The position numbers and the translations under genes were made by a program. The notes beneath the pieces were generated by a model. The model did not search any database. It had not been told where the DNA came from and saw nothing but the letters and a program-made list of their open reading frames with translations. A DNA stretch of 64,000 nt from Octopus vulgaris (lineage: Eukaryota): NCBI GenBank assembly GCA_951406725.2, contig OX597833.1:27962001-28026000 (forward strand), read 5' to 3'. This document shows positions 1 through 13,299 of this stretch, in pieces (the first letter of the stretch is position 1; each line of letters opens with the position of its first letter).

Positions 1-84
1 AGAAAACTGTCAACCGTGTTTTCTCATTGCTTCGACTCATTCGTGCTTTCTTCTATCTCGGAGAGGTTAGGATCTTCCACACAC

Positions 85-93
85 ATATATATA

Positions 94-155
<62 letters not shown>

Positions 156-375
156 TGTGTGTGTGTCTGTGTCTGTGTCTGTCCCCTCCACCATCGCTTG
201 GCAACCAATGTTGGTGTATTTACGTCCCCGTAACCTAGTTGTTCGGCAAAAGAGACCGATAGAATAAGTACTAGGCTTACAAAGAATAAGTCCTGGGGCC
301 GATCTTTTCGACTAAAGGCGGTGCTCCAGCATAGCCGCAGTCAAATGACTGAAATAGTAAAAGAATAAAAGAATA
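85..375 (+). mobile_element. 3' half of octopus-type tRNA-derived SINE (family A) with internal (TG)n
   Basis: GATAGAATAAGTACTAGGCTTACAAAGAATAAGTCCTGGGG...GGTGCTCCAGCATAGCCGCAGTCAAATGACTGAAA...AAAGAATAAAAGAATA matches the 3' half of the full copies at 5534, 40768 and 48542. Confidence 0.85.
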
Positions 376-422
376 TATATGTGAGTGTGTGTGTATGTAT
401 ATATATATATATATATATATAT

Positions 423-500
<78 letters not shown>

Positions 501-503
501 CAT

Positions 504-869
504 AGTAAAAATTATTTCCCAACGTAACGTGGCAGTCCCGGTTGGGACGAATTTTACTGTTATTTAGCCCAACGAAACGTCGTCTCCAGCAGGCTATACG
601 ACACATTATCTGTGTCCTTATATCGAACAGTTGAGTTTAGCATCCCCACTCAGCACAAAGCAATATCTATGGACCACGGTTTCTGGGTTATTTCTCTTCC
701 TCAGCAGAGGATAACTGCTTGGTTAGAGATGCCGCTACTAAATTCCTACTATAAGAACACAGATAGTGTGTTGTATACTCCAGCTGGAGATGATGTTTCC
801 TGCGGCTAAATAATAGTAACATTTGTCCTAACCGGGACTGTCAGATTATGTTGGTAAATAATCTTTACT
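504..869. repeat. Imperfect inverted repeat (~117-bp arms) enclosing a hammerhead motif; probable PLE-derived non-autonomous element
   Basis: 504-620 is the reverse complement of 749-869 (e.g. CAGTCCCGGTTGGGAC / GTCCTAACCGGGACTG); the arm motif GACACA.TATCTGTGTCCTT is shared with 30002-30475. Confidence 0.85.
667..709 (-). ncRNA. Minimal type I hammerhead ribozyme motif
   Basis: Minus strand ctctg-CTGAGGA-agagaaataaccca-GAAA-CCGTGG-TC-catag; core boxes and GUC site intact, stems I and II imperfect. Confidence 0.6.
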
Positions 870-1294
870 TTAGAGTACTGTTACGTTGAGAGATTTAGAA
901 ATAATAATGCTTCTATTGATATATATACATATATATATATATATGTATATATGCATATATATATACATATAGACATATGTTCTCACATAAAAAATGTATA
1001 TATGTGTATATATACGTACATACATACGTACAAACATACATACATACACTCACAGACATACACACGCACACATATGCAAACATACATACATACATACATA
1101 CATACATACATACATACATACATACATACATACATACATACATACATACATACATACATACATACATACTATACACGCACTGGATAGATGAATTTGTATT
1201 TGTTCTGGAGAACAATTAACTACAAAATTTTTTTTAAGAAATCAATGCGGCATTATATCTATCCATTCATCTATCTATATATTGTGTGCGCTTT

Positions 1295-2459
1295 CCCGCA
1301 GCTCGTCTCCATGACCGAACTGCAGTCGTGGATCAAAAAGAGGCCGAGGAAGGGCGAATGGCACCGCGAGTGTCGCGTTGCTCTCAAGCAACTCTGCCGT
1401 CCTGGGTCGACCTTAAGTGACTTCAACACAACCAAAGCATTCTATAGGGGTTTAGTGGAGGGGAGGTACGACGACGAGCTCGGGGCGAACCTGGACGTCG
1501 ACGAGGAGTACCTGACCCGCCTGTTCAGGACGACTTTCGGGCCAGGGCCCATGGACAACTTCCAGAGATCCCTGGCCTGGCAGTGCTACCGAGAAGCGCT
1601 ACCCGTTCGGGATAAGCTCTACAGACACGGCTCGAGAAACACGGGGCCGACCTGCCCGAGATGCGGTCAGAGCGACGAAACCGTTCTGCACGCACTCGTT
1701 CAGTGTCCAACAATTTCCGACCTGTGGGCTTGTGTCGAACAACTGCTGTCACGTGTGGGACGAGTCGGTTTATCAGCTGAGTCTATCGTCAATATTGTCA
1801 CGCCTCCTTCCTTCAAACGGGAAGGAAGAGCTATTTTCATCATCCTTGTGGCTATGGCGAAAGAATGTATCTGGTGGACGCGTCTGAAAGGATTGGAGAC
1901 AAACACTTTCCTCTCTGGTCAATCTCTCATCAACTTCTTCAAGTACCACTTGAAAAGGAAAGTGAGAGTAGAGAGGCAAGTTTTGTCTAGCGAATGTTTT
2001 AAAAAAAGATGGGTGAATGTAGCAAGAATGGCACGTATGAATGACGAAGCCACCTTGAGCATAGTCCTATGAACCCAGAAATCGAAAACAGAGAGTTGCT
2101 TATTTGCAAAAAAAAAAAAAAAAAAAAGAAATATAAAATGTGACTTCATTGACCGAGGTTACCGTGGTCTTTTCCGTAGGCTTTTCTTTCCACGGGTAAA
2201 CCTCACCTGTCCTTCCCTTTACACTTCATATTGACATTTCTGTGATAACGATCCCTATTGATCAAATTTTTTTCCTCCCCCCCTTTTTTTTAACCCCCCC
2301 TTTTTTGTCCTCTTTCTTTCCTTTTACGATCCCTTTTGATCGAAACTCCCCCTTCCATTTTTTTTTTTTTTTTTTTTTTTTTCTAACCCTTCAAAAGAAA
2401 AGCTCTACCTTGTAATTTGTTCTATCTGTGTGCAGCCCGGTGTGGCTAATAAAGAAACA
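1295..2459 (+). mobile_element. 5'-truncated Tx1/L1-group LINE: ORF2 C-terminus (zf-RVT CCHC) plus 3' UTR
   Basis: ORF 1188-2072 contains SLAWQCYREALPVRDKL and CPRCGQSDETVLHALVQC; ends AATAAAGAAAC; 19-bp direct repeat TATATATTGTGTGCGCTTT at 1276-1294 and 2460-2478 (TSD); second copy at 27467. Confidence 0.85.
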
Positions 2460-2484
2460 TATATATTGTGTGCGCTTTTCCGCG

Positions 2485-5400
2485 ACACTCCACCCGCATC
2501 AAACGAGGAGGACTGCTTCACTGACCTGGGCCGCTGACCATGCCAGTGGACGCCTGCTCCTGGTCTGTTCCAAGCAGTTGATCTTTTTGCGGGCGCCTGT
2601 CAGCACGCTGTGGAGCGGTTCAACTTCTCCAGGCGTCCCCGTCGTCTCAACATCTCCCCAACCGAACTCTCGGCTCTTCGTTCCCTCCGACGGTGCACTG
2701 ACATTGTTATTAAACCGGTCGACAAGGGTGGAGCAGTGGTGGTATGGCGCGCGGACCTCTACAAGGCCGAAGCTCTCCGCCAACTCCATGACACCTCCTT
2801 CTACTGCCCTCCGCCCTCTGACACCACGCCCAGCTACCAACAGGTTTCCTCTACCATCCATGAACTCATCTCGTCCTCCCGTCTCCCCCACACCGCATCC
2901 AACCTCATTGTCCGACCCCCCACACACCCACCATTTACTTCCTCCCCAAAATCCACAAACACAACAACCCTGGCCGCCCCATCGTCTCCGCCTGTAACTG
3001 CCCCACCGAACTTATCTCCAAATATCTCAACCGTGTCCTTGCGCCCCTAGTGGCTTCTCTTTCTTCTCACATCCATGACACCAACCATGCTCTTCGTCTA
3101 TTCAACCCTTTCTCCTTCCCTCCTGGCTCCTCCAAACTTCTCTTTACACTGGACATCCAGAGTCTCTACACTGTGATCCCTCACCACGAGGGGCTGCGTG
3201 CACTGAAACACTTCCTGGACCTCCGACCCAATCCCCGATCCGACACTTCCACACTCGTTCGTCTGGCCGAACTTGTCCTCTCACTCAACTACTTCTCGTT
3301 CGCGGGCGAGTTCTACCAGCAAGTCTCGGGAGTGGCCACGGGAACGAGGATGGGCCCCAACAATGCGAACCTGTTCGTTGGCTATGTTGAGGCCCAAAAT
3401 ATTCTCCAGTTTCACTGGTCCCAGTCCCGAACTATATGGCCGTTATATTGACGACTGTATCGGTGCCACCTCACTCTCCCGCGAACATCTAGACTCCTTC
3501 CTCTCTTTCGTCAAATCTTTCCATCCTGCCCTCCACTTCTGCACTATCTCTGACACCTCTGTCTCCTTTCTTGACATTTCGGTCAGCATTCATCACTCCA
3601 CTCTTACCACCTCCATCAACTACAAACACACAGACTCACACTCATACCTCAACTTCTCCTCTCCCACCCCAAACACACCAAGCTTTCCATCCCCTATACC
3701 CAATTCCTCCGTCTACGCAGGCTCTGTAGTGATGACCATGACTTTGAGACTTTCATCCTACGTGGACATCCCCTCACCACTATCCACCCCGCCCTTGCCA
3801 GAGCACTTCCGTGGACCGTGCATCTGCTCTCTCCCCCGAACCTGCCCTGCAGTCTCCCGCCTCCCTTTTCCCCTCACCTACCACCCCATCACCCTGCCTC
3901 TCCAATGCACCATTCTCCGAGCTTTCCAGCATCTCCAGTCCGACCTGTCCACTTCACACATCTTCCCTAACCGACCCCTCTCCTCCTTCAAACGAGCCCA
4001 CAACCTACGAGACCTCTTGGTCCACAGCTTCTTCCCCAACCCTACCTCCCAACCTGGTTCCTTCCCCTGCTCCCGCCCACGCTGCCGCACTTGCCCTTGC
4101 CCCTCCAACACAGACCTCCTCATCGGCACCCATCATCGACCCTATCGCATCACCGACTCCTTTACCTGCACCTCCAGCAATATCATCTATTGCATCTCCT
4201 ACTCTCTCTGCCATTCCCTGTACATCGAACAAACGGGACGCCGCTTGGCTGACCGGTTCCCGGAACACCTCCGAGACATCTGCCTCGGTAATGACACCCC
4301 GGTCTCACGCAATTTCTGCTTCACCGGTCACTCCTTGCAACACCTATCTGTGTTCGGATTGTCCTTACACAGAGGCCATCCGGACTCCCGTTTGCCCTGT
4401 GAACAAGAATTAATCTTCTCTTTTCGCTCTTTTACGCCATTTGTGATCACTCTCCTACATCTCTTCACCCCTCCTCTCTTTCCCTCTTCTCTCTTTCTCT
4501 CTTTCACTCTTCTCTCTTTTTCTCTGCTCCCTCACTCTCCTTCTCTCCTCTCCCCCCTTCCCTCCTACTTCTTCCCACCCAACTCTCCTCTCTTGACCCG
4601 ACTCCTACTTCTCTTCACTCTTACTTCTCTTCATCCCTACTCTCTTTCCCTCTTCTCTCTTTCTCTCTTCTCTCTTTCTCTCTTCTCTCCAACTCTCTTA
4701 CTCTCTTTCTCTCCTCTCGTTCCCTCTTCTCTCTTACTCTCTTTCTCTCTTACTCTTTTCCTCTCTTCTCTCTTTTTCTCTTCTCTCTTACTCTCTTTCT
4801 CTCCTCTCTCCTCCTCTCTCTCCTTACTCTCTCTTTCTCTCTTCTCTCCTCATCTCTCTCCTCACATACCCACCTTCTCCTCCCCCATAAGCCCACCCAC
4901 CCTTACACATTCCTTCTCCACCTTCCGATCCCCCCATCCTATCCCACACACCCTCTCCCACATACCTCACCTCTACCCCCACCCTCTGCCTACCCACAAA
5001 CCCCAACTCTACTCCAACCCTCAGTCGAACCCACACCCCACCCGTGCTTTCCCCATTCTCGCCACCCCCACCTCCCAACAACATCACACCACTACACCAT
5101 ACAACACTACACATCACATCACAACACACCACCCACACACCCATCCCCACATTTTCACACCTACACATACATACACACACACGTCCAGACCACCAGCCCT
5201 CTTTCACACGCACATACATACTCTCTTATACACGCACGCACCTTCGTGTTGGGGATCATCTTTACTTTGTTATCTCCCCTACTTTCCCTCTCGTGTGTGA
5301 CCCTTCTGTCCGAGTCAGTGCCGTGATAGATCGTTAGCCACTACACACATTTTTTCTCTCCTTGTTTCTCTCCTTGTTTTTTCTGTGTCCCTTTTTGTAG

Positions 5401-5520
5401 AAGAGCGTAGGCTCGAAACATAAAATACTTTTTCTATTCATGAGCGTTATACTAATACATCTGTTTGCTTTGTACACCACCTGTCTTCGTCTTTTGTTTT
5501 TTCGTAAACTCTCTCTCTAT
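2485..5520 (+). mobile_element. Penelope-like element: frameshifted RT + GIY-YIG endonuclease, polypyrimidine 3' UTR and pseudo-LTR
   Basis: IVIKPVDKGGAVVVW, TLDIQSLYTVIPH, QVSGVATGTRMGPNNANLFVG, RYIDDC, CSRPRCRTC, FTCTSSNIIYCI..C..LYIEQTGRRLADRFPEH. Confidence 0.92.
5391..5425 (+). ncRNA. Degenerate minimal hammerhead motif in PLE pseudo-LTR
   Basis: TAGAAGAGCGTAGGCTCGAAACATA: stem II and GAAAC present, CUGA box mutated; similar to the motif at 41408. Confidence 0.4.
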
Positions 5521-5533
5521 ATATATATATATA

Positions 5534-5988
5534 GGCGCATGCGTGGCTGTGTCGTAAGAAGCTTGCTTCCCAACCGCATCGTTCCGGGTTCAGTCCCACT
5601 GCGTGGCACCTTAAGCAAGTGTTTTCTACTATTGCCTCAGGCCGACCAAAGCCTTGTGAGTGGATTTGGTAGATAGAAATTGAAAGAAACTTGTCGTGTG
5701 TGTATGCACGCGCGCGCGTGTGTGTGTGTGTGTTTGTGTGTATGTGTAAGTGTGTGTGTGTGCGTATTTGTGTGTTTGTGTCTGTGTTTGTCCCCCAACC
5801 ATCGCTTGACAACCGATGTTGGTGTGTTTATGTCCCCCATAACTTAACATTTCGGCAAAGAAACCGATAGAATAAGTACTAGGCTTAGAAAGAATAAGTT
5901 CTGGGGCCGATTTGTTCGATTGAAACCTCCTAAGGTGGTGCTCCGGCATGACCGCAGTCAAATGACTGAAACAAGTAAAAGAATAAAA

Positions 5989-5993
<5 letters not shown>
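5534..5993 (+). mobile_element. Full-length tRNA-derived SINE (family A) with CORE-like segment
   Basis: Head GGCGCATGCGTGGCTGTGTCG (A-box-like) and GGTTCAGTCCC (B-box-like), CACCTTAAGCAAGT CORE-like segment, internal (TG)n, tail AAAGAATAAAAGAATA. Confidence 0.88.
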
Positions 5994-6030
<37 letters not shown>

Positions 6031-6053
6031 CTCTCTCTCTCTATCTTTCTATA

Positions 6054-6094
<41 letters not shown>

Positions 6095-6107
6095 GTCTAT
6101 CTATCTG

Positions 6108-6151
<44 letters not shown>

Positions 6152-6409
6152 AGGTGTATAGAATTTCATTTTACTTGACAAAAACAGGCTACTGATGAGG
6201 GGCCCTTCTTACGTTTTATGATTCATCAAATCAGAAACTGGACCAATGTTCTTCTCATCAATGATTTAGTTATTTGACGCTAAAAAATATCTACGTATTT
6301 TCTGAAGTCTTTGAAAGAATCAGTGAAATAGCAAAACCCGAGAAACGAACCTATATCGCGTAATTAATTCAATCCGAAGGAAAGTTTACTACAATATTCT
6401 AAGATTAAT

Positions 6410-6545
6410 ATATAATATACTATAAAATAACATAATATAATCCAATGCAGTATAATATAATGTAACCTTATACAATATCATATAATATAAATATATAATA
6501 TAATACAATATAAAAATATAATGTAATATAATATAATACATAATA
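6410..6545. repeat. Degenerate (TATAA)n pentanucleotide repeat
   Basis: Recurrent ATAATATAATATAA units. Confidence 0.7.
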
Positions 6546-7113
6546 GAATATAGATAACAAAGGAGACTGTTAATTGGTTAGTTATAACCTCATTATGAAC
6601 TCAAATCATGTTTACAGTAACAGAACAAGTGTGTTAAGAAGCCAACAGCTATTCACGGCCGTAACGGTCGCCATTTTAACAGAACGCAAATATATTTATT
6701 ACCTTTCAACCATTGTTAAACGCTGGCAAATCGAGACAAATTTCATTTTCATTCTTAGGTTTCCAAGCACGTATTTTTCTGTAAACTAACTGAAAGCGGT
6801 CTCAACCAGCGCGATATGAATATTATATTGAATTTTCAGGCCTTGTATCTTGATATTTACAGCCGCCTTACCCCCTCTCTCTCTCTCTCTCTTTCTGTCT
6901 CTCTCTCCCTCTCTCTCTCTCTCTTTCTCGTTCTCTCTTTCTTTATTATTATTATTAGCAGTAGTATTAGTATTGTTGTTGTTGCTATCATCATCATTAT
7001 TGTTGTTATTTAGATATTTGTTTTTGTTTTTGAGAAATTTGTTGGGTTTTGTGTGTGTGTACGTGTGTGTATGTGTGTGTGCGTGTGTGTGTGTGTACGT
7101 GCGTGTGTGTGTA

Positions 7114-7186
<73 letters not shown>

Positions 7187-7434
7187 GTGTGTGTGTGCGC
7201 GCATTGTGATGGCAGTATGTCGTTTAATATTATGGTGGTGAAACGTTGGCGTTATACCGAAAAACATCATTCGAAAACAATGACTAGAACACAATAAGAT
7301 GGGTTGGCATGGGATGGGAAGGTTGTGGAAGGGATGGAATGCGGAGCAAATGAATGGTTTGGTATGTGAAAGCATTAAAAATAAAGAGGGAAGGAAGGAA
7401 CGAAGGAAAACCGTGTAATGATGAAGATGGTCAA

Positions 7435-7518
<84 letters not shown>

Positions 7519-7609
7519 ATGAAGGAAGGAAGGAAGGAAGGAATGAACCAGCATGGTCACAGTCTAATGACAGAAACGAGTAAATAAAATGATAAAAGAA
7601 AAGAAACAA

Positions 7610-7653
<44 letters not shown>

Positions 7654-8134
7654 GAAGAAAGAAAGGAACGAACGAACGAAGAAAGAAAGGAAGAGAACAA
7701 AGAAGGGAGGAAAGAAAGAAAGAAAGAAATGGAAACTAGAAAAGAATAAGGTGATAAAGATGAAGAAAGATGGAGATATATATCGAATGATGTAGAAATG
7801 TTTAGATGCAGAAAAGTATAGATGTGTCAAGCTGGAGCAATAACGAGAAAGAAAGAAACAGAGGAAATACGAGAGGTGGAGAAAATTACAAAAACAGATC
7901 TCAATAAATGTCTATGTGTGTATATGTGTATCTAAGTGTATACCATATATGTGTATGTGTGTGTTTGTGTATCTGCATATATGTCTGTATTTGTATGTGT
8001 GCATGCATGTGAGTGCATTTGTATATGTGTACATAAGTTTGTGTATGTAAATTTGTGTGTATATATTTTTATGTGAATGTATATATAATAGTTTATCAGT
8101 GTGTGTTGTGTGTGTGTAAGAGAGTGTTATGTGT

Positions 8135-9330
8135 TTGCAGGGTAGCAGTAGAGAAATAGCATTCGAGTCCGTTGTAGCAAATGTTTTAGACAAAGTAATG
8201 CTCAAAATAACCTTTCAATATCAGAGAGGATGCTGCTAAAGTCACGGAATAGCTTCATGGCTCAATTACTTTGATCTTTGTCATAAGACTGCATCAGAAG
8301 AAATGCATGGAGCAACATCCGGGACATTTCTTAGCATCGGTCAAAGATCGGTCCAAAGCTTTCCAAACCATAAACAGGAACTTCTGTGCGATATTCTCAG
8401 AAAATATGGTTGTCAATTTAAATTCGGGAAACTCTTCTGCCAATTCCAAAAAGGAATTACAGCCCACCTTGTTGAGGTTGCAAGAGGAATAATGGACCGA
8501 GTCGTTCAGTATAAACATGAAAGTCAGACAAGGCAGTGTGCTGATTGCGGTAATGTTTGATATCTTCCTCCTGTTTTACGCTAAAAAAATGGAAAGGGAG
8601 ATAGAAATCCCTATTACCTTGCGACTGAGCTGGAACTTCTACATCAAACTTCAGAATATCACAAAACTCAGATCTGAACGAATCACAAAACTAAGCTCCA
8701 TTATCTTGACAATTGTATTCTGGTTAGTTTTAAATCTTTATAAACCATTATTTCAGCTACTGCTACAAACTATGAAAGAATTGTTCAAGAGCTACAATCC
8801 AGAAGACAGAGTTCATCTATCAATGACATTATCCCCACCATACTACTCCTTACTTTCTTTTAATAATAGCAACAACCAGTCTCAATCTCCAGGTTTAGAG
8901 ACCACCTCTGCAGCAGCATCCCCCAATGACTGTGCGTTGGATGAAGACAACCAAATAACCAGACAGTTCTTTGCTACCTTCGAAAGTTTCAAAAAGGAAA
9001 CCTTAAAGTCAAGGTCCGCGGTTACGGAGCAATTTAGGTTTTCATTCTCTTATGAGAGCGGGAACATATACATGAACCTCATACAGCTTCCGCATTAAGG
9101 ATCTGGACGCTTTAAACACCCAGTGGCCTTAGAAGATCCTTTCCGACACGTAGTAAGAATTTCACACACAAAATTCATTGAAACTAGTTCTGCAGCATTG
9201 AATACACAGCACAAAGGCAGCGACTCAAGTGAACCGAGCTTTTAATATGCATGTCTGACTCACGTTTCAGCCTATGATACACTTTGGCCAGTTACATCAG
9301 TGATTAACTATAAAACTAACGAAGCGAATT
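8135..9330 (+). mobile_element. Highly degraded RTE-BovB-like LINE reverse transcriptase remnant
   Basis: Frameshifted pieces REIAFESVVANVLDKVML, IFVIRLHQKKCMEQ, AFQTINR, ILRKYGC..KF, VRQGSVL parallel RTE RT motifs. Confidence 0.65.
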
Positions 9331-9747
9331 ATTTTCCCAAATTTTCATTCATTTTACTGTAATATGCATTATGTATTTCGTCGTTATATATTCCTGCTCT
9401 CTCCACCCTCTCTGTTTTCTTTATCTACCCCTCAGTCCTTTATTATATATATATATGAATGTATGTATGTATGTTTGTATGCATGTATGTATTATGTATA
9501 TATGTATGTGTGTATGTATATACGTACGTATGTATGTATGCTTAGATATGTTTATATCATTCTCCATTTCACCATCTCTCCTCTATCTCTCTATCTTGTT
9601 ATTTCGCTCTGTGACTCTCTATATTTTCTCCAGCTCACCATCTCATTATTTTTCTCACTCCTGTTCAGTTTTCTCGCCGTATATCCCAATTCCTTTCTCT
9701 CCCCTTTACCATCTCATTATATCTCTCTCACTACCTTAGTCGCTTTC

Positions 9748-9795
<48 letters not shown>

Positions 9796-10298
9796 TTCTC
9801 TCATTCTCTTAATGTTTACTTCTGTCTACCTCTCTCACAATTGCCTTCTAACTCACTCTCATTATCTCGCTCCTTTCCTCATCATCTTTCAAACTCACCC
9901 TTTTTCTCTCGTTCTTCCACTATCTTTTACAAATAACATTTCATATGATAAAAAAAAACACAAGGAGAAAGTTATTTTTTACGTAAATTATTCTATTAAA
10001 ACTAGAGATAGGAAATAAAAAAAAATCGTGAAACATATTTATGTAGAATGTAAGAAATACAGTGAAATTGGGAGGGGTTGTAAAATGATGGTTGAATGTC
10101 GGTCATATGCGGTAGATTGCATAAGTAGGCGAGAAATAGCGAGCTTTTGTTGTCCATTCCAAAGTATCTTCTAGTTTTCTAGATATGTGCTACCGATATT
10201 AGCTAGTTAAAGTAATACAATGAGCTGGTGTCATATTTTTGTAACTGCTGCACACACACACATTTATACACATAGGCACGCACAAAAACTCATATACC

Positions 10299-10346
<48 letters not shown>

Positions 10347-10599
10347 TGTGTGTGTGTGTGCGTGCGATTATGCATGTAACTATAAAATACATAAATATGT
10401 ATACACACACATATATATATGGTCATAGATGAGAGTCTCTCTCTCTATATATATATGCATAAAATATATGCGTTCGTATGTATATATACGTATATATATT
10501 ATATAGATATATACATATATATATACATGTATATACATATGTATGTATAGGTATATATGTATGTATGTATACGTATATATATATATACATGTATATATA

Positions 10600-10631
<32 letters not shown>

Positions 10632-11214
10632 CATACATACATACATACATACATACATACATACACATATGTTAATACGCACAGTTACACACACGTATAT
10701 ATACACTCAATCCTTAAGCACACATATACCTCTACATACAGTGCAGTGACATATTCATCAACGTTCTTAGGTAGAAGACACTCGCGTGTGTATATATGCT
10801 ATATATTTTTTAATCAGACATGTGATATTTGTCCCCCTCTTTCATTCTTTCTCTCGTTCGTTCTTTCTTTCTTTTCATAGTCGCCACCATCTACCCCCAC
10901 CCTCACCCAACCCCTCATCATTCCTTATCCAGCATTATACATCACCAAAGTACTTAGGTAAATTAATGTGTATATATGCATGTAGATAAATATGAATGTG
11001 CGTGTATGTGTGCATGTATGTGTACATACATGTATACACACATAGATGCACAGAAATGCACTTACATGTGTATGTGAGTGTATTCGTGGGTACAAGTGTG
11101 TGTGTGTGTATTCGTGTCCATACTTTAATACATGTTATTGTAGAGAAGTGTGGACATATTGATCTATACATGTATTATAGATATGTGGATGCTTGTCACG
11201 TATGAACGTGTATG

Positions 11215-11246
<32 letters not shown>

Positions 11247-11364
11247 GTTCATATAAAATTACATATATACATTCATATATGAAGTACTTATAAAAAATAA
11301 TTGAACATGCTTTTATGCAATAATATCAATATGAATACGAACTGGAATACATACACACATACAC

Positions 11365-11399
<35 letters not shown>

Positions 11400-11411
11400 G
11401 TGTATGTATGC

Positions 11412-11475
<64 letters not shown>

Positions 11476-11795
11476 CATATATATATATATAAAACATATG
11501 TATATATATGTGTGTGTGTATATATATATATAGCCAAAGCGTATGTCTCTATGCGCCCATGTGTGTGTATGCATGTAGGTATGTATGTACATATATGTAG
11601 ATACGTATGTGTAGGTGTTAGCGTCGATCCCTGAAACTTAAGTGATAGCCAACCAGTACGGTTCTATATTTTATAAGGTGGGGGACATATAAACGTATAT
11701 GTGTTCATAGGTGTGTGTGTGTGTGCACATGCATGTGTGTGTATGGACGGATGGATTGATGGCTGGATGTTTGTGTACAAATACATACATACACA

Positions 11796-11872
<77 letters not shown>

Positions 11873-12124
11873 TATATATATATACATACTTACATATATA
11901 TACACACAATGCGGAAGAGAGAGAACATAATGATACATATTTATATATATAGACATACACATATAGATATATGTGTGTGCATGTTTACGTATACTTATGT
12001 GTATGTAATTGTATGTATGTATATATATATATATGTATATATATCTGCGTATGTATGTATATATATATATATATATATATACACATACATACATACGCAG
12101 ATATATATATATATATATAAATGC

Positions 12125-12208
<84 letters not shown>

Positions 12209-12693
12209 TACGTGTATGCATATTTACATACATAAGTAAATGTAAATGAATAGATTAATGCATGTGTATGTATGCCTATAAATATATCTATGTCCGTATA
12301 ATGGATATGGAATTTATGTAAAATGTTATGTCATCATTATTGCCCTTGATTGTTGTTGTTCATGTTGTTTCGTATCTGCACTGAATAACTGCCTACATGC
12401 TCTGCTAGCAGATGGAGCCACCCTCAGATGCAAATCTTCCATTGCAATACGTCACACAGACACACTGGTGTAATATACACTGATTCATACAGGCTTCTGC
12501 TCTGGTGTACCGTCTTTGTTGCGTGTGCGTGTCTGTGTGAGTGTGTGCGCGCGTGTGTATGAATGTGCTCGCACGAGTGTGCTACGTGTATGAGCGTAGG
12601 CACGTACGTTCTTGTTACACACACAAACACATATATATGTATACATGTGTGCGTGTGTGTCCATATATGTGTAAATGCATACACACACACAGG

Positions 12694-12804
<111 letters not shown>

Positions 12805-13166
12805 ATGTATGTATGTATATATATATGCATTTATGTATACTTTGGGTATGGTAGATGAGTTCAGAAAAAATTTAGATTCAGATGAATATGGTACTTAAGT
12901 TGAGGCACCAGAATTTAGTATGGTATTATCCAGTAATGATTATTTTATGACTTCATTGCTTTCAGGCTTAGCTTAAGGTATTTTCGCGCCCGACATCACA
13001 AAATGTGTCTAAATAAACATTGCCGGATAGCAAATAGAGATTCGGACATTACTTAGAAAATAATTTTCATTTTTAACCTCGTATATAGTATGCGCTAGGG
13101 AATTTTGACATTTAAATTTTGGGAAAAATGCGGATTATACTCGAGGATTTACGCTATATATATATA

Positions 13167-13241
<75 letters not shown>

Positions 13242-13299
13242 ATATACATATGGCCAATGTCACACGGCTGAAACAAATGAAAGAATAAAAGAATACATA

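Noticed and set aside
3273-5300. 675-aa ORF as an intact protein
   Set aside because: It drifts in and out of the PLE frame and then reads through a stop-free CT tract; it is a pseudogene chimera
5534-5605. tRNA gene
   Set aside because: tRNA-derived SINE head with no complete cloverleaf, continuing into the SINE body
6192-6250. CTGATGAG...GAAACTGGACC hammerhead
   Set aside because: Stems II and III and the NUH site are too degenerate to call
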